Of a stretch of 64,000 nucleotides of DNA, positions 58,786-64,000 are shown in pieces. Origin of the DNA: Candidatus Multivoradales bacterium. GTDB lineage: Bacteria; Acidobacteriota; Thermoanaerobaculia; Multivoradales; J023. The stretch covers positions 3,008,001 to 3,072,000 of the forward strand of contig CBDFLE010000006.1 in the NCBI GenBank assembly GCA_965248925.1, written 5' to 3'. The position numbers and the translations under genes are program-made. The first letter of the stretch is position 1; each line of letters begins with the position of its first letter. The notes below the pieces were generated by a model. That model did not search any database. It was not told the DNA's origin and saw nothing but the letters and a program-made list of their open reading frames with translations.

Positions 58786-58804
58786 TCGAGGAGGCTGCTA
58801 CACC

Positions 58805-59170
58805 GTGATCCACCACTACGCTGCCCGCCGACCGGTGGAGAACGCCTATCTCGTGCGGCAACGAGATCAGCGTCGCTTGCAGGAGCTGCTCAGCGTGCTG
58901 CTCACCGTGGTGGCGCTCGGTGCCGGGTTGTGGACGTACACCTGGATGCACACCGAGATTCTCCGCACCGGCTATCGGGTGGACAATCTCGATCGCCAGC
59001 TCCACGGCTTGCTCGAGCAAGAGCGTCGCCTTCGTTTGGAAGCTGCCTCGCGAGCCCACCCGGCAAGGGTGGAGGCGCGTGCCAGCGCCGAGCTTGGCAT
59101 GCGCGCGCCGCAGTTGGCGGAGACATTGTTCTTCGACGAATTGGTCGCCGGGTGGGAGGTGGCGCGGTGA
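58805..59170 (+). CDS. ftsL: Cell division protein FtsL
   Basis: TM, coiled coil and RVE..A..ELGM..P; position in dcw. Confidence 0.88.
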   Translation: MIHHYAARRPVENAYLVRQRDQRRLQELLSVLLTVVALGAGLWTYTWMHTEILRTGYRVDNLDRQLHGLLEQERRLRLEAASRAHPARVEARASAELGMRAPQLAETLFFDELVAGWEVAR

Positions 59171-61116
59171 ACGCTCGGCTGTGGTTGGTGCTGGGGCTCG
59201 CCGCGACCTGGATCCTGGCGACCGGGGTGCGGCTCTATCAGTTGCAGGTCTTGCAGCACGACGACTACGTGCAGCAAGCGCGGCAGCAGCACCAGCGGGT
59301 GGTCTCTCTCGATCCGCCCCGCGGCACCATTTACGACGCCCGCGGTCGTGAGTTGTCGGTGTCGGTGGAGGTCGACTCGGTGTTTGCCGATCCGAGCCAG
59401 ATCGAAGATCCCAGCGCCACCGCTGCTTCCCTGGCCCCAGTTCTGGGGCTTGACACCGGCGAGATGGAGCAAATGCTGAGCGCCCAAGGCCAATTCGTGT
59501 GGGTGCGGCGAAAGCTCGATCCGCCCCTGGCCAAGACGGTTCGCCAGCTCGCTTTGACGGGCATCTCGTTTGTTAGCGAGAGCAAGCGGTACTACCCGCT
59601 GCGCAATTTGGCGGCGCCGGTGCTGGGATTCGTCGGCACCGACAATCGTGGACTCGGTGGGCTGGAATCGCGCTATGACCAGGCGGTGGCCAGCGAGCCC
59701 GGGAGGCGGCGGGTAGTGCGCGACGCCCGGCTGGGCACGGTGCTGCATCCGGATTGGGAAGAGGCGGCGCCCAAGCCAGGGCGCGATTTGCACCTGACTC
59801 TCGATGGCGCTTTGCAGCACATGGTCGAGCGTGAACTAAAGGCGGCGGTGGAAAAATTCTCCGCCAAGCGCGGCACCGTGGTGATGCTCAACGTGCGCGA
59901 CGGCTCGGTGTTGGCGATGGCCAGTTGGCCCTCCTTCGATCCCAACAACTACCGCCAATCCCCGGCCCAGAGCTGGCGTAACCCGGCGGTGGCCGATAGC
60001 TACGAGCCAGGCTCGACCTTCAAGATGATCACCTTGGCGGCGGCGCTCGAAACCGGCAAGGTTGACACTCTCGATGTCTTCGATTGTGAGATGGGTGGCC
60101 TGCGTCTGTCGGGCCACTTCATCCGTGACCACCACCCCTACGGTTTGCTGACGGTGCGCGAGATCATTGCCAAGTCGAGCAACGTGGGGACGATGAAGCT
60201 TGCCTTCACCACCGGCCGAGAGAATCTATTTGCGGCGATTCGCACCTTCGGCTTCGGCCAGCTCACCGGCATCGATCTGCCAGGGGAGAACGCCGGCATC
60301 GTGCGGCCCGAGGAGAAGGTTTCTCGCCTATCGCTGGCCAACATCGCTTTTGGTCAGGGGATCGCGGTCACCCCGCTGCAACTCGCCAACGCTTTCGCGG
60401 TGATCGCCAATGGTGGTTGGCTGCACCGGCCCTACGTGGTGGCGGCGGTGGGCGACACCCCGCGCCGGCCCACGTCGCCAAAGCGGGTGGCGTTGTCGGC
60501 GAGCACTTTGCGCCAGGTGCGCAGTGTGCTCGAGAGCGTGGTTCTGGAAGGTTCCGGCAAACGGGCCGCCATCGAGGGATTCCGAGTCGCCGGCAAGACC
60601 GGCACGGCGCAGAAGGCGGTTCCTGGGCGAGGTTACGCGCCGCGCCGTTTCGTTGCCAGCTTTGCCGGCTTCGCGCCGGTCGACGATCCGCTGATCGCCG
60701 GCGTGGTGTTACTCGACGAGCCTTGGCCGAGCTACTACGGTGGTCAGGTGGCAGCGCCGACCTGGAGTGCCATCGTTCGCCAGATGTTGCTCTACCTGGG
60801 CGTCCAGCCACTGCGGGAGAAGCCCGATCGCTGGCCCGGACAGCCGCGCTCGGTGCGAAGGTTCGCGGCCACCGTCGCCGCCGCGCCGACGGTGGCCGGC
60901 TCGGTGCCAGACTTTGCCGGCCTGACCGCTCGCCAGGCGGTGCGGCAGTCGAGTGCCGCCGGTCTACAACTGGCGCTCAACGGCCATGGATTCGTCTCCC
61001 GTCAATCGCCAGCTCCGGGCACTTCGCTGGATGCTGCGGCTGGGGTAGTGGAGCTTTGGTTGTTGGCGGAAGCGCGCTCGGCCGCCGTGGCTCGATCCGC
61101 ACCGGGGGCCCCCTGA
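59167..61116 (+). CDS. ftsI: Class B PBP (FtsI/PBP3) with C-terminal PASTA domain
   Basis: RGTIYD, R.YP, PGSTFK, SSN and KTGTAQ motifs; VPDFAGLTARQA PASTA. Confidence 0.95.
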   Translation: MNARLWLVLGLAATWILATGVRLYQLQVLQHDDYVQQARQQHQRVVSLDPPRGTIYDARGRELSVSVEVDSVFADPSQIEDPSATAASLAPVLGLDTGEMEQMLSAQGQFVWVRRKLDPPLAKTVRQLALTGISFVSESKRYYPLRNLAAPVLGFVGTDNRGLGGLESRYDQAVASEPGRRRVVRDARLGTVLHPDWEEAAPKPGRDLHLTLDGALQHMVERELKAAVEKFSAKRGTVVMLNVRDGSVLAMASWPSFDPNNYRQSPAQSWRNPAVADSYEPGSTFKMITLAAALETGKVDTLDVFDCEMGGLRLSGHFIRDHHPYGLLTVREIIAKSSNVGTMKLAFTTGRENLFAAIRTFGFGQLTGIDLPGENAGIVRPEEKVSRLSLANIAFGQGIAVTPLQLANAFAVIANGGWLHRPYVVAAVGDTPRRPTSPKRVALSASTLRQVRSVLESVVLEGSGKRAAIEGFRVAGKTGTAQKAVPGRGYAPRRFVASFAGFAPVDDPLIAGVVLLDEPWPSYYGGQVAAPTWSAIVRQMLLYLGVQPLREKPDRWPGQPRSVRRFAATVAAAPTVAGSVPDFAGLTARQAVRQSSAAGLQLALNGHGFVSRQSPAPGTSLDAAAGVVELWLLAEARSAAVARSAPGAP

Positions 61117-62594
61117 TGGGTCTGCGCCTACATCAGCTCTTCGAGCATCAGCCGGTCGGTGGACTGCCGCCGGTGGATCCGGTGATCACCGGCATCAGTC
61201 ACGATTCTCGGCGCACTGAGCCCGGCGACCTTTTCGTCGCTATCGTTGGCGAGCAGCACGATGGGCGGCGCTACTCGCGGCAGGCTGCCGCTAGAGGCGC
61301 CGTGGCGGTGCTCGGGCCGGCGCCGGCACCGGCCGGAGTGGAATTGCCGTGGGTCGATAGCGCTCGCCCCCGAGCGTTGCTGGGGCCGCTGGCGGCGCGC
61401 CTTTTCGAGCATCCGGATCGCGAGTTGTTGTTGGCTGGAGTGACCGGCACCAACGGTAAATCCACCGTCGTGGCGCTGCTCGCCGCGATGTTGCAGGCGG
61501 CCGGCCGGCCGGCGGGCCGACTGGGAACCCTGGGCTACGTCTTCCGGGAGCATAGCTATGCCGGCGATTTCACCACCCCGGAAGCGCCGGACCTGTTTCG
61601 CATCCTGCGCCAGATGCGCGATGCCGGCGCTGAAGCGGCGGTGATGGAGGTTTCCTCGCACGCTCTTGAGATGGGGCGGGTGGATGGGGCGCGCTTCGCG
61701 GTGGCGGTGTTCACCAATCTGAGCCGTGACCACCTGGATTTCCACGCCGACATGGAATCTTACTTCGCCGCCAAGCGGCAGCTCTTCGAGCGCCTCGCCA
61801 CCGCTTCGCGTCCGGTCGTCCACTTGGGTAGCGAATATGGGCGCCGGCTGGCCACCGAGTTGGACAATGTGCTGACCTGCGGGGCTGGCGGCGAGGTGCG
61901 AGCCGAGAGAGTTGAATTCAGCATGAGCGGTACCCGCGGGCTGCTGATCTTGCCCAGCGGCACGCTCGAGTTCAGCTCAGCGCTAGTCGGCCGTTTCAAT
62001 CTGGAGAACCTGTTGGCCGCCGCCGCCGCCGCCGAGGCGCTGGCCCTGCCGCACGCCGCCATCGCCAGCGGTATTGCCGCCTGCGCGCCGCTACCAGGGC
62101 GGTTGGAGGTGGTTGCTGAACGGGGTGGATTTACCGCCTTGATCGACTACGCCCACACTCCCGCGGCGCTGGCCGCCGCTTTGGGCTCCTTGCGGGAACT
62201 CGGTGCCGGCCGCATCGTGGTGGTCTTCGGCTGCGGCGGCGAGCGCGACCGTGGCAAGCGGCCGCAGATGGGGCGCGTTGCCGGCGAGCTGGCCGATCGG
62301 GTGCTCCTGACTTCCGACAATCCGCGGGGCGAGGATCCGCTGCAGATCCTGGCCGAGATCCAGGTGGGCGTGGAGCAAGCTGGTAGTGCCAGCTGGGTGC
62401 TGGAATCCGATCGCCGCCGCGCCATCCGCCGGGCGATCGCTGAGGCGGTGGCGGGGGATGTGGTGCTGGTGGCGGGCAAGGGACACGAGAGCGAGATGGT
62501 GCTGGCCGACCGGCGAGTTCCTTTCTCCGACCGGCGGGAGGTCGCTCGCGCCATGGCGACACCGCTGGCACCAGGGGGAGGCGACGATGGTTGA
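61116..62594 (+). CDS. murE: UDP-MurNAc-tripeptide synthetase (meso-DAP type)
   Basis: GVTGTNGKS, TTPEA, MEVSSH, DYAHTP, DNPR and AGKGHE motifs. Confidence 0.97.
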   Translation: MGLRLHQLFEHQPVGGLPPVDPVITGISHDSRRTEPGDLFVAIVGEQHDGRRYSRQAAARGAVAVLGPAPAPAGVELPWVDSARPRALLGPLAARLFEHPDRELLLAGVTGTNGKSTVVALLAAMLQAAGRPAGRLGTLGYVFREHSYAGDFTTPEAPDLFRILRQMRDAGAEAAVMEVSSHALEMGRVDGARFAVAVFTNLSRDHLDFHADMESYFAAKRQLFERLATASRPVVHLGSEYGRRLATELDNVLTCGAGGEVRAERVEFSMSGTRGLLILPSGTLEFSSALVGRFNLENLLAAAAAAEALALPHAAIASGIAACAPLPGRLEVVAERGGFTALIDYAHTPAALAAALGSLRELGAGRIVVVFGCGGERDRGKRPQMGRVAGELADRVLLTSDNPRGEDPLQILAEIQVGVEQAGSASWVLESDRRRAIRRAIAEAVAGDVVLVAGKGHESEMVLADRRVPFSDRREVARAMATPLAPGGGDDG

Positions 62595-64000
62595 GCGCAG
62601 CCTTGGTTGGGCCAGTGAAGCGATGGCTGGGGAGTTGCGGGGCGGATCGCCCGCGGCCCTCTTCCGCGGCGCCGCGATCGATTCGCGGCGGTTGGTCGGG
62701 GGTGAGTTGTTCTTCGCTTTCGTCGGTGAGCACGTAGATGGTCACGATTACGCCGCCGCCGCTTTGGTCGCTGGTGCTGGCGCGGCGGTGGTCTCGAAGC
62801 AGCCGGCGGGGTCGTTGGCGGGTGCCCTGATCCGGGTCGAGGATACCCAGCAAGCGCTGCACCGGCTCACCCTGGCGGCGCGGCGCGAGGTGCCCGAGAA
62901 GCTGGTGGCGCTCACCGGCTCAGTGGGCAAGACCACCACCAAGGAGATCTTGACCGCGCTGCTGGCCAGTCGCTTCCGGGTCACCAGCAGCGTGGGCAAC
63001 TTCAACAATCTCCTCGGTTTCCCCCTCTCGCTGTTGGCGGTGGAGGACGATTGCCAGTGGATGGTCGCCGAGATGGGCATGTCGGAGCCCGGTGAGTTGG
63101 CCAAGATCAGCCGTTTGGGTCGTCCGGAGGTGGCGCTATTTACCAATGTTCGGCCGGTGCATTTGCAGAACTTCCCCGACTTACGCGGTATCGCCGATGC
63201 CAAGGCTGAGTTGCTCGAAGGCTTGGTCGATGGCGGCCAGGTGATCGCCAATGCCGACGACCCGTGGGTGATGCGGATTGCAGCGCTCCATTCGGGGGAG
63301 GTGATTACCTACGGTCGCAGTGCCAACGCCCAGGTGCGAATCGAAGATCTGCGAATCTTGGACGGCGGCTGTGGCAGTGCTTTCCGCCTCTCGGCCAAGG
63401 GTCAGACGGTGGCGGTGGAACTGCCCCTGCACGGACTTTACAACGCCGAGAACTTCCTCGCTGCTGCGGCCTGCGCGCTGGCGCTCGGAGTAAGCCTCGA
63501 AGCGATCGCCGCGGCGGCTGGTGGGCTCACCGCGGCGGCCCATCGCGGCGAGGTCCACCAGTTGGCGGCCGGCGTTACGTTGATCGACGATGCCTATAAC
63601 TCGAATCCGGATGCTGCCCAACGTGCTCTCGAAAGTGCCCTGGGGCTGCCCGGCAAGCGCTATGTGGCGGTTCTTGGCGACATGTTGGAACTTGGACCGA
63701 CGGCCGCTGAGTTGCACCGTGAACTCGGCCAACGGGCCGTCGAACTGGGTTTTGCCCTGGTTCTCGGGGTCGGTGATCTGGCTGCCGAAATTGTCGCGGG
63801 TGCGGCCGAGAGCCAAGGGCAAAGTCACGGTGAAGGTCACGGTGAGAGTCATCAGTGGAATCACGACGGTGAATATCACCACCTAGTGGATGCCACCAGC
63901 GCCGCCCAGCGGTTGCCGGCTTGGCTGCAAGAGGGCGACGTGGTGTTGGTCAAGGGCTCGCGCGGAGTCGGTCTCGAAGCGGTGGTGACGGCGCTACGGG
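62587..64000 (+). CDS. murF: UDP-MurNAc-pentapeptide synthetase (3' end just outside window)
   Basis: Manual translation: IDSRR, DGHDY, TGSVGKTTTKE, GNFNN..G.PL, EMGM, DDAYNSNP, LGDMLELG, LVKGSRG. Confidence 0.96.
   Translation, partial: MVERSLGWASEAMAGELRGGSPAALFRGAAIDSRRLVGGELFFAFVGEHVDGHDYAAAALVAGAGAAVVSKQPAGSLAGALIRVEDTQQALHRLTLAARREVPEKLVALTGSVGKTTTKEILTALLASRFRVTSSVGNFNNLLGFPLSLLAVEDDCQWMVAEMGMSEPGELAKISRLGRPEVALFTNVRPVHLQNFPDLRGIADAKAELLEGLVDGGQVIANADDPWVMRIAALHSGEVITYGRSANAQVRIEDLRILDGGCGSAFRLSAKGQTVAVELPLHGLYNAENFLAAAACALALGVSLEAIAAAAGGLTAAAHRGEVHQLAAGVTLIDDAYNSNPDAAQRALESALGLPGKRYVAVLGDMLELGPTAAELHRELGQRAVELGFALVLGVGDLAAEIVAGAAESQGQSHGEGHGESHQWNHDGEYHHLVDATSAAQRLPAWLQEGDVVLVKGSRGVGLEAVVTALR

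Overview
GC-rich bacterial chromosome segment, most consistent with Acidobacteriota (Thermoanaerobaculia-like). That placement is inferred from the acidobacterial VWA protein, the expanded ECF43/Ser-Thr kinase-TPR modules and the HTH/TPR families. The left ~28 kb is accessory, with signalling and conflict functions: three phosphorylation-type ECF43 sigma factors and three membrane Ser/Thr kinase-TPR receptors, a tandem DP-EP-like protein, a CadC/ToxR-like wHTH-TPR regulator next to a secreted protein with a duplicated peptide, a decayed radC/HTH-TPR island, a Sec-signal RHS toxin with an EExxH metallopeptidase-like tip and a lipoprotein immunity candidate, and two small secreted Cys-rich peptides, one with a full CS-alpha-beta defensin signature. 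The middle holds a cytochrome b/octaheme c fusion with cyoE and SCO, a TetR/acyl-CoA dehydrogenase/phosphotransferase/ALDH cluster interrupted by vapBC, an Fe3+-type ABC transporter, an MFS and tRNA-fMet. The right part is core genome: eno-ftsB, an inserted cassette (Cys-rich peptide, carboxypeptidase-regulatory-like protein, PDZ protein), mfd, two parvulin PPIases and the start of the dcw cluster (mraZ-rsmH-ftsL-ftsI-murE-murF). The dcw promoter carries MraZ boxes and, unexpectedly, a canonically spaced pair of NrdR-like boxes. No CRISPR array, rRNA, integrase or transposase was seen. All family assignments come from motif recognition by eye; no searches were run.
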